NCBI GenBank assembly: GCA_037481815.1
Contig: JBBFKX010000002.1
Location: forward strand, 160,001 to 224,000
Source of the DNA: a candidate division WOR-3 bacterium
Lineage (GTDB): Bacteria; Hydrothermota; 32-111
DNA length: 64,000 nucleotides
Direction: 5' to 3'
The position numbers and the translations under genes are program-made. Below are positions 37,476 through 49,861 of the stretch, piece by piece. The notes under the pieces are model-generated. The model worked only from the letters and a program-made list of their open reading frames with translations, did no database searches and was not told where the DNA came from. Every line of letters begins with the position of its first letter. The stretch's first letter is position 1.

Positions 37476-38624
37476 ATGAAAGAAGATAAAGGGAATATTT
37501 TTTACACTGAATTCAACTATGATAAACTCTATTGGCTGATAAATATAAGAACATTACTTTTAATCTGTTTAACTATAATTTTTTCAATTTTATCAATATT
37601 TAAAATCAAAATAAATAACACATTTTCTCCTGAATATCTACTTTTTTGGCAGATGATAGCACTTGTGATCAATTTTTTACTCTATATTGATCTAAAATAT
37701 CTTCAAAACAATAAACACCTGATTATGAACGAGGAAAATTTTAAATATATTGGAATGATTCAAATCGATTTTGATATCCTTTATACGATAGTTACAATTT
37801 TTCTTTCAGGAGGAATAAAATCTCCACTTCTTTTTCTTTTCATTTATAACATAATCACTTCAAACTTTTTGATTCAGGATCGAAATACTTTCTTTTACAC
37901 CCTTATATTAATTGTGCTGATTTTCATCTCTGAATTCAGATTTAGATTCAAGGACACATTCCCATACATAGAGTATAAAACTTTGGAAAAGTTTGAAAAT
38001 ATGGTCTTGATCTCACTCATATTCTTTTTCCTCTTCTACCTTTCAAAATATGTATCGGAAAAACTGAAACAGAAACAGGAAGAGTTGAATAAACTATATC
38101 AGGAAACATACAAGTTATCAATAACTGATAGGTTGACAGGCCTTTATGATCAGACATATTTTAGAGTGAGTGCTTCTGACGCTATTGAGATCGCAAAAAT
38201 CAACAACAATAAACTTGCAATTGTAATGTTTGATATCGATAATTTTAAGGAGTTCAATGATACAAACGGACATCTTATGGGTTCACGCGCATTGGTTCAA
38301 ATAGCACAGATCATGAAAAAAACTTTTAGAAAAACTGACATCCTTGGTAAATATGGAGGAGACGAGTTTATAATACTCTTAAAAGATATAGATGAAAATT
38401 ATATAACATTTGTTCTTGAGAGATTCAAAAGTCAGATAGAAAATTTTAACTTTAATCCCGAAACATCAAGAGTTTCCCATTTGACTATTTCCATAGGTGT
38501 TTCGTTTTTTCCCAAAGATGGTGAAAACCTCGATACACTTATCGATAAAACTGATAAGGCATTATACACTGCAAAAAATTTAGGAAAAAATAATCTATTC
38601 ATTTTTGATGATAGTAAAAAGTAG
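37476..38624 (+). CDS. Membrane-bound diguanylate cyclase (GGDEF)
   Basis: About 5-6 TM helices, then TDRLTGLY, DIDNFKEFND..GH..G, RKTD I-site and KYGGDEF. Confidence 0.93.
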   Translation: MKEDKGNIFYTEFNYDKLYWLINIRTLLLICLTIIFSILSIFKIKINNTFSPEYLLFWQMIALVINFLLYIDLKYLQNNKHLIMNEENFKYIGMIQIDFDILYTIVTIFLSGGIKSPLLFLFIYNIITSNFLIQDRNTFFYTLILIVLIFISEFRFRFKDTFPYIEYKTLEKFENMVLISLIFFFLFYLSKYVSEKLKQKQEELNKLYQETYKLSITDRLTGLYDQTYFRVSASDAIEIAKINNNKLAIVMFDIDNFKEFNDTNGHLMGSRALVQIAQIMKKTFRKTDILGKYGGDEFIILLKDIDENYITFVLERFKSQIENFNFNPETSRVSHLTISIGVSFFPKDGENLDTLIDKTDKALYTAKNLGKNNLFIFDDSKK

Positions 38625-40085
38625 TTTTACAATATCAGGATCATAAATTTTTCCAACATTTTCGTTGAAAATTCCTTCAATATGTTTTTCAGTCAACTTA
38701 AAAATATCTTTAAAAACACAATATTCTCCAGCAACTCTAACTATTCTTGAACCAACTGGAATTTTTTTACCGACGAGTTTGTTAAAACCAGTTCCATCAT
38801 AGTTTTCGTAAAGAAATTTAATAATTTTTTGAGCATCTTCAAGCATCACAAGAGGTGCTATAATATCAGCACCTGATACGATCGCCTGTTTTATCTCTAA
38901 AGATTTTTCAGGGTCGAAGTATGTTGGTGCATTGAAGATCTCCTTTGGTTTACTCAAAAGTCCAAGGAGATGCAAAAGAGCCGAATACTGTATATCCCTT
39001 ATTTCATCTTCAGAAAGTTCCATCCTTTTTGCAATTTTTACAGAAAGTGCTGAAACTTTTTCACTGTGTTTTTTTAAACCAGGGAATATCCTATCCTCAA
39101 GATATAAAAAGGCGATCAAGGATTCAAGATAACTTCTTCTTGAATCCTCAAAAAATTTTGCAGATGCAAGAGAATTCGTGATCACGATCCTTGCGATTTC
39201 AAAAAGAACCATTTTTTCATCTTTAATTTTCAATGAATCTATTTCAAATATAAAAACTCCTATGATCAGTTTTCCTAAAAATATCGGCAAAGTAACCGTT
39301 GAGTTGTCCTTTATACCTTTAAGAGAGTACCCGATATTAATTTTGGAAGATTTGAAATATTCAATAAACTGGTTCCTGTTGATTTTGGTTCCAACTGGAA
39401 ACTCTTTTTCAAAATTTCTTTCCTTTTTAACAACGAAATCTCCACTTTTTTCATCAAAAAGAAGAAGAACCAAAGAGTGGGGATTAAAAATCGTATCAAG
39501 TTTTTCAAAAATGTTTAAAGCGTTAGATTCAAAAGATTTGATCACAGAGATCATTTCAGAAAAAGTTTTGAGTTCTTCAATGCTTTTTAAAAGTTCTTTT
39601 AGATAATTATCAAGTTTCTCTTTCTGTTCGGATACCAATTGGTTCGTGTTTAACAGTTCCTCATTCATTTTTTGAATGTCAGCACTCAATCTTTCTTTAT
39701 CAAGTAATAATTGCCTCTTCTCATAAGCGTTTCTGATAACAAGTAACATCGTATCTGCTGTGAATGGCTTTGAGACAAAATCGTAAGCACCACTCCTGAT
39801 GCATGTCATCGCAAGATTAATATCTATTGTTGCTGAGATAACGATTATAGGTGAAAAAGGATTTTCAATCGAAAAATTTGTTATGAAGTCAAAAACATCG
39901 GTTCCTGGCAACGACAGATCCACTATTATTAGAGAATATTGATTCAAAGATAACAGATTTTTAAATTGTACCCCATCGGTTGCAATATCCACATCAACAG
40001 CATCTTTCTTTTCATACTCGATGATCTTTTTTAAAAAATTGGCTACTGTGATTTCGCCATCAGCTACTAAAATTTTTTCTTTCAT
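38595..40085 (-). CDS. Response regulator: REC - coiled coil - GAF-like - degenerate HD-GYP
   Basis: REC with IIVDLSLPG and KPF. The C-terminal HSEKV...ALLHLLG...LYENYDGTGF...IPVGSRIV...YDP has the HD-GYP fold with altered metal ligands. Confidence 0.85.
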   Translation of the reverse strand: MKEKILVADGEITVANFLKKIIEYEKKDAVDVDIATDGVQFKNLLSLNQYSLIIVDLSLPGTDVFDFITNFSIENPFSPIIVISATIDINLAMTCIRSGAYDFVSKPFTADTMLLVIRNAYEKRQLLLDKERLSADIQKMNEELLNTNQLVSEQKEKLDNYLKELLKSIEELKTFSEMISVIKSFESNALNIFEKLDTIFNPHSLVLLLFDEKSGDFVVKKERNFEKEFPVGTKINRNQFIEYFKSSKINIGYSLKGIKDNSTVTLPIFLGKLIIGVFIFEIDSLKIKDEKMVLFEIARIVITNSLASAKFFEDSRRSYLESLIAFLYLEDRIFPGLKKHSEKVSALSVKIAKRMELSEDEIRDIQYSALLHLLGLLSKPKEIFNAPTYFDPEKSLEIKQAIVSGADIIAPLVMLEDAQKIIKFLYENYDGTGFNKLVGKKIPVGSRIVRVAGEYCVFKDIFKLTEKHIEGIFNENVGKIYDPDIVKLLFTIIKNE

Positions 40086-40086
40086 T

Positions 40087-43000
40087 TTAACTTTTCAAAG
40101 GCAGTTTTATTATAAAAGAGACACCATTTTCTCTGTTAACAGCGAATATTGTCCCATTGTGTTCTTTTATTATATTAAATGAGATTGCAAGACCAAGACC
40201 AGTACCACCGCTTTTTGTTGTAAAAAATGGTGCAAAAATCTTTGAGAGGTTCTCTTCGGGTATTCTGGGACCATCGTTATAGATATCTATAACAAGAAAA
40301 TTATCTTCTTTTTTAATCGAAATCTCAATATGACCATTTTTTACAATCGATTGAATAGCATTCAAAAGTATATTCATAAAAACTTCTATCATCTGTTCTT
40401 CGTCAACCATTATCTCCTGAATATCCTCATTTATATTCACATTCAAAGAAATGTTTGTTTCTTCAAGTTTATTCTTTACCATCTCAACCGCATGGTTTAA
40501 TACATCGAGAATGTTCACTTTTGAAAGGAGTACAGTTTTTGCTTTTGCAAAAGATGTCATATCGTTCACAAGTCTGTCCAATCTTTTAACCTCTTTAATC
40601 ACAAGATCTATTGACTCAGTGAGTATATCATCATCCTTAAGCCGCATCTTCAAAAATTCCATTCCGGTTAAAATTCCTGACAGAGGATTTTTGATCTCGT
40701 GCGCCATACCTGCTGCCATCTGTCCAAGCATCGCAAGATTCTCTTTCGCTTTCAATTCATTCTGAATCTTTTTGATTTCAGAAAGATCCTGAATTATACA
40801 TACGAGTTCAAGATCCTTTTCAAACTTTATAGGTGTAATACTTATACCACAGGGAACGTGTCCTCTCTTTTTACTCTTTAAAATTATCTCATCTCTGAAC
40901 AAAGGTTTTTCACTTTTAATAACATTATCAATTATTCCATTTTTATCCTCAAAAAGATCAAGATAATGCATGTTGAAAATCTCATCGGGTTCGTATTCAC
41001 CAATTTTTAAAAGTGAATTGTTAAAATGTATAATCTTACCATTTTTATCTATGTAAACTACACCAGAAGGTATGTTGTTCAAAATCAGATCGGAAATCTG
41101 TAAATCTTTTGAGGATTCTTCGAATCTTGATATGGCAATGATCGCAGTGTTTGCAAGTGTTTCAAGGAACTGTTTATCCGACTGAGAAAAATATCCACTC
41201 TTTTTGTTATCAACACACAATACCCCTAACGTTCTCCCAAGAAACTTTAAAGGAACATTTATAAGATTCTCTACCCTATAATATTTTGATAATGATTTTA
41301 TCGGTTTAAAATATTCACTTTTGGTTACATCGTTTAAAATCAAAGAGTTCCCTGTTTTATAAACATATCCAGCAGCACTATCTGACATATCTTTTATCTT
41401 TTTCAATTTTTCGATTTCTATGCCCAAAGATGCTTTAAAAACAAGTTTCCCATTCTCCTGAAAAAGAAGTGAGGCATAGGTTCCATCAACAATTTTAACA
41501 GCAGATTCAAGTAGATATTTGAAAAACTCTTCAATGCTTTTCACATATATAAGTTTTTCGGTCAGATTACTGATAATATTATACTGTTTCAACTTTCTTT
41601 CGTTTTCATCAAATAGTAGTGCACTCTCAAATTTGATATAAAGTTCCTGAACTATCGCGTTAAAAGTATAATCGTAAATTTTTGTTTTAAGGTTACGATC
41701 AGAAAAAACGATCAGAAGAAATTTATCCTGTTTGTTAACAAAAATGGGTAAAACGGTTGCATATCGTATCTCTTTTTTGAAAAATTCTTTGCTTATTTTG
41801 GGATCATCAAAAAAGTTTGTAACACTCTGATTTATATCTTGTTCAAAATAATATTTTTTCTTGTTCAAAAGGATATTTTTCAACTGTTCATTTTCGAAGT
41901 ATGTTTCTTTAATTTGGTAACTTTCATCTTCGTTTTTTTCAAGGAGCAATGTCGCTTTACTTTTAAGTAAACTTCCAAGAGTCGTTGTAACTATTTTTGA
42001 TAGAAATTTTAGATTCAAAGAACTTCTTAAACTCGTAAAAATTTTGTACAGAATCGTCAACTGTTCAATCTTGTTTTCCGAGTCCATCTGTAAAAGGAGA
42101 GATTTTATAAAACTTGCTGAATTGTTCGATATTATCTTTACTAGTTCAAAATCTTTATCAGTAAAAGGAATCTTCCCAAACCTTGTCAACATTAAAACTC
42201 CAACGAGTTCTCCTTTAAAAATTATCGGTACACATATTCCCGCCTGTGATTGTTTTTTATAACCTTTTGTGTATTCGATATTGGGAAACTTTAAAAGATC
42301 ATCAAGCATCAAAGGTTCTTTCGTGAGAGCAACTGTTCCAGAAACACCTCTACCGACAATAAAATCTCTCTCCATCAATTCCTTTTCATCTATACCTATC
42401 GCTGAAACAGCTCTTAGTTTCTCCTCTTCTGTTTTTACAAGTATAAAACCCCTATCAGCATTTATCTCTGACATTAAAAATTCAAGAAGATTTCTGAAAC
42501 TCTTTTTATAATCTTTATCCTGTGATAATATCTTTGAAACTTTTAATATCACTTCAAGTTTTTTTAAACTTTCATTCTTCTCTTCATAAAGATAAGATTT
42601 ATCGAATATGTTTCCAACCTGTTCGTAAAATGTCTGTATAAAATCCTTTTTGAATCGGTCATTTGCAACATCTTCATCAAATTCTGTGATTATTTTACCA
42701 AAAACCTTTTTGTTGTATATTATAGGTAAATAAACAACATTTTTTACACTTTTATTAACATTTAATTCATCCAATCTTGAACCATAATAATAAAGTACAT
42801 TTTCATCTCTTAAATTTTTAAAATGATCCAGATACTTATTTTTTATTTTGTTCAACTCAAATGTTGTACCATCAAGTTTAAAATATTCATCTTTTAAAAT
42901 ATCAATATAATAAACATTCTTGGGTTTAAGATTCTTAAAATAGTATTTCAAAACCTGAGGAATTAAAATTTTTATATCAATGTTTGAGGAAAAAAGGTTA

Positions 43001-44034
43001 TTCAAATTGTTTACGATTTCTGTTTTCTTTTGAACAAAGTAATACTCTTCTTCTATCATCTTTTTCTCTGTAATGTCCTCTATCAGAATAACAACCCCAA
43101 CACATCTTCCATTCTCTATCAAAGGATAACCATAAAGGTTTTGAACAAGTTCTTTTTTTAACCTTGTGGAATACCTCTTAACTCCAAGCATTCTTCTCGT
43201 CTTTTTTGTCTCTATTATCTCTGCAAGTATTTTATCGAGTTTCAATTCAAGTAGATCAGGGAAAAGATCGAAAATATTTTTTCCGATCATTTCAGAGTTG
43301 GTGAACTTATATTTTTCCGCTGTGAATTTGTTGAACTTGATTATATTCCCTTCTCTGTCCAGAACAATTATCCCCTGTGCAATAGCATCAAAGACAAGAT
43401 TCTGAATCCTTTTTAAACCTTCTATCTCTTTTGTCCATATCTCCTTTTCCTTGAGATCATAAATTATTACTATGGAATAATCTTCCCACGGAAAAATACT
43501 AACCTTTACAGAGCTGGCATTCCCATTTATATCGTACATTTCTATAAAAAGTTCCTGTTTGGTCTTCTTTTTCAGCGATACTATCGTTTTTTCAAGATGG
43601 TCTGGTAAAACATATTCACTAAAATATGTTGCATTACCTAAATATGTATCTCCATATTTTATCTGAAACGATTGGTTTGAAAGTATAACCTTTAAATCTT
43701 TATCAAGAAAACATACAGAAGAATCTATACTATCAAGGAGTTCTGCAAGGAGGTATATGTCCATTATGGATGAAGTGTTCACTTCACTTTTTAAAAATAT
43801 GATGATCTTTTCATAGTTTGGAAAATTAAAATAAATATATTCACCAGAAGAATTATATGAGAAAATATCCTTTTTAAATTTTACCGATGATAAAAATTTT
43901 TTTATATCAAAATCTTTTTCAACGAATTTCTCTTTCCGGTAATCGGATACCACTCTTCCATCATAGGTTGACAAAATGAATGAAATATTTTTTAATTTTA
44001 AAAAATCAAGAAAAGATGTTAAAACATTTCTCAT
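40087..44034 (-). CDS. Cytoplasmic multi-PAS/GAF sensor histidine kinase (NtrB-like)
   Basis: PAS and GAF segments, AHEIKNPL H-box, [28 protein letters not shown]; no TM helices. Confidence 0.93.
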   Translation of the reverse strand: MRNVLTSFLDFLKLKNISFILSTYDGRVVSDYRKEKFVEKDFDIKKFLSSVKFKKDIFSYNSSGEYIYFNFPNYEKIIIFLKSEVNTSSIMDIYLLAELLDSIDSSVCFLDKDLKVILSNQSFQIKYGDTYLGNATYFSEYVLPDHLEKTIVSLKKKTKQELFIEMYDINGNASSVKVSIFPWEDYSIVIIYDLKEKEIWTKEIEGLKRIQNLVFDAIAQGIIVLDREGNIIKFNKFTAEKYKFTNSEMIGKNIFDLFPDLLELKLDKILAEIIETKKTRRMLGVKRYSTRLKKELVQNLYGYPLIENGRCVGVVILIEDITEKKMIEEEYYFVQKKTEIVNNLNNLFSSNIDIKILIPQVLKYYFKNLKPKNVYYIDILKDEYFKLDGTTFELNKIKNKYLDHFKNLRDENVLYYYGSRLDELNVNKSVKNVVYLPIIYNKKVFGKIITEFDEDVANDRFKKDFIQTFYEQVGNIFDKSYLYEEKNESLKKLEVILKVSKILSQDKDYKKSFRNLLEFLMSEINADRGFILVKTEEEKLRAVSAIGIDEKELMERDFIVGRGVSGTVALTKEPLMLDDLLKFPNIEYTKGYKKQSQAGICVPIIFKGELVGVLMLTRFGKIPFTDKDFELVKIISNNSASFIKSLLLQMDSENKIEQLTILYKIFTSLRSSLNLKFLSKIVTTTLGSLLKSKATLLLEKNEDESYQIKETYFENEQLKNILLNKKKYYFEQDINQSVTNFFDDPKISKEFFKKEIRYATVLPIFVNKQDKFLLIVFSDRNLKTKIYDYTFNAIVQELYIKFESALLFDENERKLKQYNIISNLTEKLIYVKSIEEFFKYLLESAVKIVDGTYASLLFQENGKLVFKASLGIEIEKLKKIKDMSDSAAGYVYKTGNSLILNDVTKSEYFKPIKSLSKYYRVENLINVPLKFLGRTLGVLCVDNKKSGYFSQSDKQFLETLANTAIIAISRFEESSKDLQISDLILNNIPSGVVYIDKNGKIIHFNNSLLKIGEYEPDEIFNMHYLDLFEDKNGIIDNVIKSEKPLFRDEIILKSKKRGHVPCGISITPIKFEKDLELVCIIQDLSEIKKIQNELKAKENLAMLGQMAAGMAHEIKNPLSGILTGMEFLKMRLKDDDILTESIDLVIKEVKRLDRLVNDMTSFAKAKTVLLSKVNILDVLNHAVEMVKNKLEETNISLNVNINEDIQEIMVDEEQMIEVFMNILLNAIQSIVKNGHIEISIKKEDNFLVIDIYNDGPRIPEENLSKIFAPFFTTKSGGTGLGLAISFNIIKEHNGTIFAVNRENGVSFIIKLPLKS

Positions 44035-44042
44035 AATCTTCC

Positions 44043-44300
44043 CTATAAATTTATCAGGTTTTCTAAATGCTTCTTCGCATCAGTGTTGTTTTTATCAATT
44101 TCCAGAACCTTTTTAAAACATTCTTTCGCTTTTTCAATATCGTTTATACTTTCGTAAACTATTCCAAGGTTATAATATATATCAGCATCATCGGGAAACA
44201 GGGTTAATCCCTCCTCAAAAATTTTTATCGCTTTTTTGAAGTTCTGGTTCTGGAAATAAAAAAAACCTGCTTCAAGAATTTTTTCTTTATCTGGTTCCAT
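44043..44300 (-). CDS. Small TPR protein
   Basis: IYYNLGIVY...AKECFKKVLEID TPR pattern. Confidence 0.8.
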   Translation of the reverse strand: MEPDKEKILEAGFFYFQNQNFKKAIKIFEEGLTLFPDDADIYYNLGIVYESINDIEKAKECFKKVLEIDKNNTDAKKHLENLINL

Positions 44301-44312
44301 TTTTAAATAATA

Positions 44313-45008
44313 TTATAAATTTTCAATCTTTTCAAGATCTTCTTTCAAACCGATCATGACAAGTATATCCCCTTCTATAATCCTTTCTTTCGGAGATGGT
44401 GATATTATCGTATTTTCTTCAAAACTCAGTTTGTATGAATCGGTTGTTGAGGGCTGTTTCCTTTTGATCGCGATTATGTTTATATCATATCTTTTTCTTA
44501 TGTCTATCTCCTCTATAGTTTTCCCAACAAAAATTTCAGGAGTTTTTATCTCAACAAGATTATATGAAGGTGAAAGTTCGATAATGTCAAAAATTGATGG
44601 AGAGATAAGGGTATTTGCAAGCCGATCTGCACTTTCAAGTTCTGGATATATTATTCTGTCGACACCGATCTTTTCAAGAACTTTTCCATGTTTTTGATCA
44701 CTCGCTTTCGCAATAACCTTTCTTATTTTTAAGTCCTCTTTCAAAAACGAGGAAAGAAGTATACTTGTTGCTATATCCTTTATAGCGATAATAGCGACAT
44801 CAACATCCATAAGACCAACTTCTTTTAATCCTTTTTCATCAAGTGCATTCAACTGTATAGCATGTGTAACTTTATTTGAAATATCATCAATTTTACCTTC
44901 ATCAGAATCTATTGCTATCACCTCATATCCTTTCTCTGAAAGTTTTGTAGCTACATGATATCCAAAACTGCTAAGCCCTATAACTGCAAAAAACTTTTTA
45001 TCAGACAT
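44313..45008 (-). CDS. ktrA: Ktr/Trk potassium uptake regulatory subunit (RCK N+C)
   Basis: AVIGLSSFG, KIGVDRIIYPE, RCK_C INIIAIKR; next to a KtrB gene. Confidence 0.9.
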   Translation of the reverse strand: MSDKKFFAVIGLSSFGYHVATKLSEKGYEVIAIDSDEGKIDDISNKVTHAIQLNALDEKGLKEVGLMDVDVAIIAIKDIATSILLSSFLKEDLKIRKVIAKASDQKHGKVLEKIGVDRIIYPELESADRLANTLISPSIFDIIELSPSYNLVEIKTPEIFVGKTIEEIDIRKRYDINIIAIKRKQPSTTDSYKLSFEENTIISPSPKERIIEGDILVMIGLKEDLEKIENL

Positions 45009-45017
45009 AAAACCTCC

Positions 45018-46397
45018 TTATCCAACAAGGATCTTTGCCTTTGGATACTGGAATGAATCTCTCCTATCTTTTGTTAAAAATATGTTCACAGCGGTCAAAA
45101 CTCCAACTCTTCCGATCAGCATCACAAACATTATAACAAACTTTCCCAAAGGAGTAAAATTCGCAACAAGTGAAACGTTTGGAAGTTTTCCACCCAAAGA
45201 TAAACCAACAGTTCCATACGCTGAAATGACTTCAAAAATCACTCTAAATGGCTCATCATTTTCACTGACAAGAAGGATCAAAATCGCAAAAACAACAATG
45301 AATATCGTAATCGTGAATATAAAATATGACTTCATTATCATTTCCTCATCCACCCTTCTTTTAAAAATGTTGAGATTCCTTCTTCCTCTGAGATTGTTTA
45401 TCATATAACTGACAACAAGATAAAAAGTTGTTGTTTTTATACCACCACCGGTTCCTCCAGGAGATGCTCCTATAAACATAAGTATTATCAAAAGAAAGAT
45501 TGATGAACTATTCAACAGAGCAAAATCAATCGTATTAAAACCTGCTGTTCTTGGAGTTACGATTTGAAACAAAGAGTTAAAAATCTTTCCAAAAATATCC
45601 AGTTCCTTTAAGGACGAGTTACTTTCAAACATAAAGAATAAAAAGAAAGGAATCACGATAAGAAGAGAAGTCATTATTATCACTATTTTTGAATGATTCT
45701 CAAATCTTTTATAATAAAATCTGTTTTTATATACATCTCTAACAACTATAAATCCAATTCCTCCTAAAACTATCAATACGATAACTGTTAAAATAATAAT
45801 CGGATCGTTTCTGAAATCATACAGGTTCGTTGAAAAGGTTGAAAAACCTGCATTACAAAAAGATGATATCGAATGAAAAATGGAACAGAATATCGCATCA
45901 GGAACATTTTCAATAACCTGAATGAACCTGAAAAACATTATTACACTTCCTAAAAGTTCAACTGAGAAAACAAACAATAAAAGTTTTAAAATATAACTTT
46001 TAATCTCTTTACTGGAAAACTTTTGAAATTCTTGAAGAGTTTGAAACCTGATGTTTGAATCAACCCTTTTCGCTATCGCAAGCGTAAAAAAAGTTGAAAT
46101 CATAACATATCCGAGGCCACCAATCTGGATCAAAAGTAATATGATAAACTTTCCAAAAGGGGAGAAAAAAGTTGCAGTATCTTTAACTATCAAACCTGTA
46201 ACACATACAGCAGAGGTTGAAGTAAAAAGCGCATCTATAAAATTGATATTAACTTTCGGATCAGCATGAGAAATAGGCAAAGAAAGAAGGAGTGCTCCCG
46301 AAATTATAAAAACAATATATCCAAAAATGATCACAAGGGAAGGGTTCACCTTCTTCACTGTAAAATCATTTTCAAAATAATATTTTTGCTGTTTCAT
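45018..46397 (-). CDS. ktrB: Ktr/Trk potassium uptake membrane subunit
   Basis: SAVCVTGL, FCNAGF, PRTAGF, GASPGGTGGGIK, SAYGTVGLS. Confidence 0.93.
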   Translation of the reverse strand: MKQQKYYFENDFTVKKVNPSLVIIFGYIVFIISGALLLSLPISHADPKVNINFIDALFTSTSAVCVTGLIVKDTATFFSPFGKFIILLLIQIGGLGYVMISTFFTLAIAKRVDSNIRFQTLQEFQKFSSKEIKSYILKLLLFVFSVELLGSVIMFFRFIQVIENVPDAIFCSIFHSISSFCNAGFSTFSTNLYDFRNDPIIILTVIVLIVLGGIGFIVVRDVYKNRFYYKRFENHSKIVIIMTSLLIVIPFFLFFMFESNSSLKELDIFGKIFNSLFQIVTPRTAGFNTIDFALLNSSSIFLLIILMFIGASPGGTGGGIKTTTFYLVVSYMINNLRGRRNLNIFKRRVDEEMIMKSYFIFTITIFIVVFAILILLVSENDEPFRVIFEVISAYGTVGLSLGGKLPNVSLVANFTPLGKFVIMFVMLIGRVGVLTAVNIFLTKDRRDSFQYPKAKILVG

Positions 46398-48687
46398 AAA
46401 TGTTTTTCACAAAATAAAATTTTAAATCCTTTTTAACCTTTTTCGGTATTTTTGATAAATTTGATCTATTCTTTTCCGGAATGATTATATTTTTGATCCC
46501 ATCTATCTGTGCTGCAACGATTTTTTCAAACAAACCACCAACAGGTAAAACATTCCCTGTTAAAGTTATCTCCCCTGTCATTGCAAAACCACCTTTTACA
46601 GGTTTTTTAGTTAACGCTGAGATCAGCGATACAACAAGCGTTATACCCGCAGATGGTCCATCTTTAGGTATCGCTCCTTCTGGGATGTGTATATGTGTAT
46701 CAAATTTTTTATAGAATTCAGGATCTATGTCAAAAAGTTTATAGTTTTTTCTCAAATAACTTATCGCTGTAGCAGCAGATTCTTTCATCACATCACCAAT
46801 CTGTCCTGTTAATTGAACATTTCCATTGCCTTCCAATATAACAGTTTCAACAGTCAAAACTTTTCCACCATTTGGAGTCCAGGCAAGGCCGTTTACAATT
46901 CCAGGTATATTTCTTTTCTCTTTCGTTCTTTCAATATAAAGTTCAGGGCCAAGATATTTTACAACCTCTTCTTTTCCAATTTTTTTATTTTTTATCTTTT
47001 CACCGATCGCTATCTCTTTTGCTCTCTTTCCCATTATCGCCTGTATATTTTTTTCAAGTCCTCTTATTCCAGCCTCTGGAGAATAGTTTCGTATTATTTT
47101 TACTAACGCTTCATTTTCAAACTGTATATCATTTTTCCTCAAACCTGATCTTTTCATCATTCTGGGAATCAAGAATTTTTTTGAGATTTCAACCTTTTCA
47201 AATTCAAGGTATCCCGGGATCTCGATTATCTCCATTCGATCCCTTAAAGCTGGAGGAATCGTATGAACAACATTAGCGGTGCAGATGAAAAGAACCTTTG
47301 AAAGATCGTATTCCAATTCAAGATAATTATCTGAAAAACTGTTGTTTATCTGAGGATCGAGGATCTCAAGAAAAGCGTTCGAAGGATCACCTCTATAATC
47401 CCCACCAAGTTTATCTATCTCATCAAGCATGAATACTGGATTTATGACTCCTGCTCTTTTCATCATCTGAATTATTCTGCCTGGCATAGCACCAACATAT
47501 GTTCTTCTGTGACCCTTTATCTCCGATTCATCTTTAATCCCACCAAGAGAAATCCTTACAAACTTTCTTCCCATAGCTTCAGCTATCGATTGACCGAGCG
47601 AGGTTTTTCCAACACCTGGAGCCCCAACAAAACATAGTATATGACCTTTACTATCCTTTGATAACTTTAAAACTGAAAGATACTCAAGAATCCTTTCTTT
47701 CACCTGAGTCAATCCATAATGATTCTTCGTAAGAATCTTTTTTGCAAGTTTAATATCAAAATTATCCTGTGTCATCTTTTTCCACGGAAGTGAAAGGAGC
47801 CAATCAAGATAGTTCTTAATGATATTATATTCCGGGGAATATGTTGTCAACGATTTCAACCTGTTCGCTTCTTCAAGTGCTTTTTCTTTTGCGTGTTCAG
47901 TTAGATCAGATTTCAAAATTTTATTTTTTATTTTTGAAAATTCATCTTCCTGTTCAAAAGAATATCCAAGTTCTCTGTTGATTATTCTCAACTGTTCTTT
48001 AAGAAAAGATTTTCTTGCATCCTCTTTACTCTTTTCAATAACCTCATCGTATATTCTCTTCTCGATTTTTTTCTTTTCGATTTCTTGGCTGATAAATACA
48101 AGTAGATTTTTGATACGGGTCTCGACATCGGTTTCAAGTATAAAACTGTTGAAGGATTGTTTATCAAGGTCTATCAATGAAATCAACTCTTCGGAAAGTA
48201 GAAAAAGATCCTTTTCTGAATTAATTTTGTATAAAGAATCATAATAAGTGTTGTTATAATTTGATAGTTCTTTAAAGTTCTTTTTTAAAAGATTCAAATA
48301 CGCTTCAGAGAGATTCTCATCTTTTATTTCCTTAAAATAAACTTTTTCACATTTAACCTTTTTATAGTTGTTATAATCTATAACCTTTATAATCTTGACA
48401 TAATCAACAGGAGAAACAAACAATCTTAAAACCCTCTCACCAACATTTTCTTTTTTTAACACTTTCAAAATTAAACCTGACAGATGTTCATTATCAAAAC
48501 ATTTTAAAACTATAAATTCCCCTTCCGAGATTTCAATTTTCTGAAAATCGATATCTACCTTATCGATAAGATCAATTTTCTTTAGAGTTTTTAGGGAAAA
48601 TTTTTGATCACTGTTTTTAAAGGAGAGATCTATTAAAAGAAACAATGAATCAAAGGAAAAATTTTCTTTTTCAACCATATCAACCAT
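46372..48687 (-). CDS. lon: ATP-dependent Lon protease
   Basis: [35 protein letters not shown] (catalytic Ser), GGLFEK (catalytic Lys); divergent N-domain. Confidence 0.96.
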   Translation of the reverse strand: MVDMVEKENFSFDSLFLLIDLSFKNSDQKFSLKTLKKIDLIDKVDIDFQKIEISEGEFIVLKCFDNEHLSGLILKVLKKENVGERVLRLFVSPVDYVKIIKVIDYNNYKKVKCEKVYFKEIKDENLSEAYLNLLKKNFKELSNYNNTYYDSLYKINSEKDLFLLSEELISLIDLDKQSFNSFILETDVETRIKNLLVFISQEIEKKKIEKRIYDEVIEKSKEDARKSFLKEQLRIINRELGYSFEQEDEFSKIKNKILKSDLTEHAKEKALEEANRLKSLTTYSPEYNIIKNYLDWLLSLPWKKMTQDNFDIKLAKKILTKNHYGLTQVKERILEYLSVLKLSKDSKGHILCFVGAPGVGKTSLGQSIAEAMGRKFVRISLGGIKDESEIKGHRRTYVGAMPGRIIQMMKRAGVINPVFMLDEIDKLGGDYRGDPSNAFLEILDPQINNSFSDNYLELEYDLSKVLFICTANVVHTIPPALRDRMEIIEIPGYLEFEKVEISKKFLIPRMMKRSGLRKNDIQFENEALVKIIRNYSPEAGIRGLEKNIQAIMGKRAKEIAIGEKIKNKKIGKEEVVKYLGPELYIERTKEKRNIPGIVNGLAWTPNGGKVLTVETVILEGNGNVQLTGQIGDVMKESAATAISYLRKNYKLFDIDPEFYKKFDTHIHIPEGAIPKDGPSAGITLVVSLISALTKKPVKGGFAMTGEITLTGNVLPVGGLFEKIVAAQIDGIKNIIIPEKNRSNLSKIPKKVKKDLKFYFVKNIYETAKILF

Positions 48688-49861
48688 TTTTGAAAAACTC
48701 TTTGAGATCTTTTTCGGTGACTTTCACCACTTTTATATCATCCCTCTCAGGTATTTCAAACATTATATCAAGCATATACGATTCGATTATAGATTTCAAG
48801 CCCCTCGCTCCCGTTTTCTTCTCTTCTGCTTGTTTCGCAATAAAATCAAGAGCACCATCTGTGAACTCAAGTTTCTTTCCATCAAGTAAAAGAAGTTTTT
48901 CATATTGTTTTATTATAGAATTTTCAGGTTCATATAAAATCTTTACAAGTTCTTCATGTGTTAGTTCAAAAAGTGGGGCTATTATTGGAAACCTTCCGAT
49001 AAATTCAGGTATCATTCCAAAATTGATAAAATCTCTGTGTTCTACTTTTTTCAGAACCATCCTGTCAAAATCATCTTTATCAACATTATCATTTTTGAAA
49101 CCTATTGTTGTTTTATCCATTCTTTCTTTGATTATCTGATCGATCGAGTTGAATGCACCCCCCGCTATAAAAAGAATGTTGGTTGTATCAAGCTGAATAT
49201 ATTTTTGTTCAGGGTGTTTCCTTCCACCATAGGGTGGGATGTTGGCTATCGTTCCTTCAAGTATCTTCAAAAGTGCCTGCTGAACACCTTCTCCAGAAAC
49301 ATCTCTTGTGATCGATGGATTTCCAGCATTTTTACTACCTATCTTATCAATCTCATCAATATAACATATTCCCACCTTTGCTCTTTCAAGATCAAAATCG
49401 GATGATATGATCAATCTGAGAAGTATGTTTTCAACATCCTCTCCAACATATCCTGCTTCAGTTAAAGATGTAGCATCAGAGATTGAGAAAGGAACATCAA
49501 GAATCTGAGCTAAGGTTCTTGCTATCAAGGTTTTTCCAACTCCTGTAGGTCCAAAAAGAAGAATGTTTGACTTTTCTATCCCTCCTTTAACTCCTAATTT
49601 TATTCTTTTGTAATGGTTATAAACACCAACTGAAACAACCTTTTTGGCATATTCCTGACCTACTATGTACTTATCAAGTTCATGCTTTATTTCTTTTGGA
49701 GTTGGAAGTTTTTTTATAATCCAATCATTTTCTTTGCTGTCTTGTTCTTTTTGTACAAGAAGTCCAGCACATTGAAAACAAAATTTTTTGTTATTTAATA
49801 CTATATAATCAGAAGATATCTCTTTCAAACATCCTTCACATCGATTTTCATTTTTTTTCAT
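48680..49861 (-). CDS. clpX: ATP-dependent Clp protease ATP-binding subunit ClpX
   Basis: N-terminal CxxC..Cxx[23 protein letters not shown] loop, IGF loop. Confidence 0.97.
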   Translation of the reverse strand: MKKNENRCEGCLKEISSDYIVLNNKKFCFQCAGLLVQKEQDSKENDWIIKKLPTPKEIKHELDKYIVGQEYAKKVVSVGVYNHYKRIKLGVKGGIEKSNILLFGPTGVGKTLIARTLAQILDVPFSISDATSLTEAGYVGEDVENILLRLIISSDFDLERAKVGICYIDEIDKIGSKNAGNPSITRDVSGEGVQQALLKILEGTIANIPPYGGRKHPEQKYIQLDTTNILFIAGGAFNSIDQIIKERMDKTTIGFKNDNVDKDDFDRMVLKKVEHRDFINFGMIPEFIGRFPIIAPLFELTHEELVKILYEPENSIIKQYEKLLLLDGKKLEFTDGALDFIAKQAEEKKTGARGLKSIIESYMLDIMFEIPERDDIKVVKVTEKDLKEFFKNG

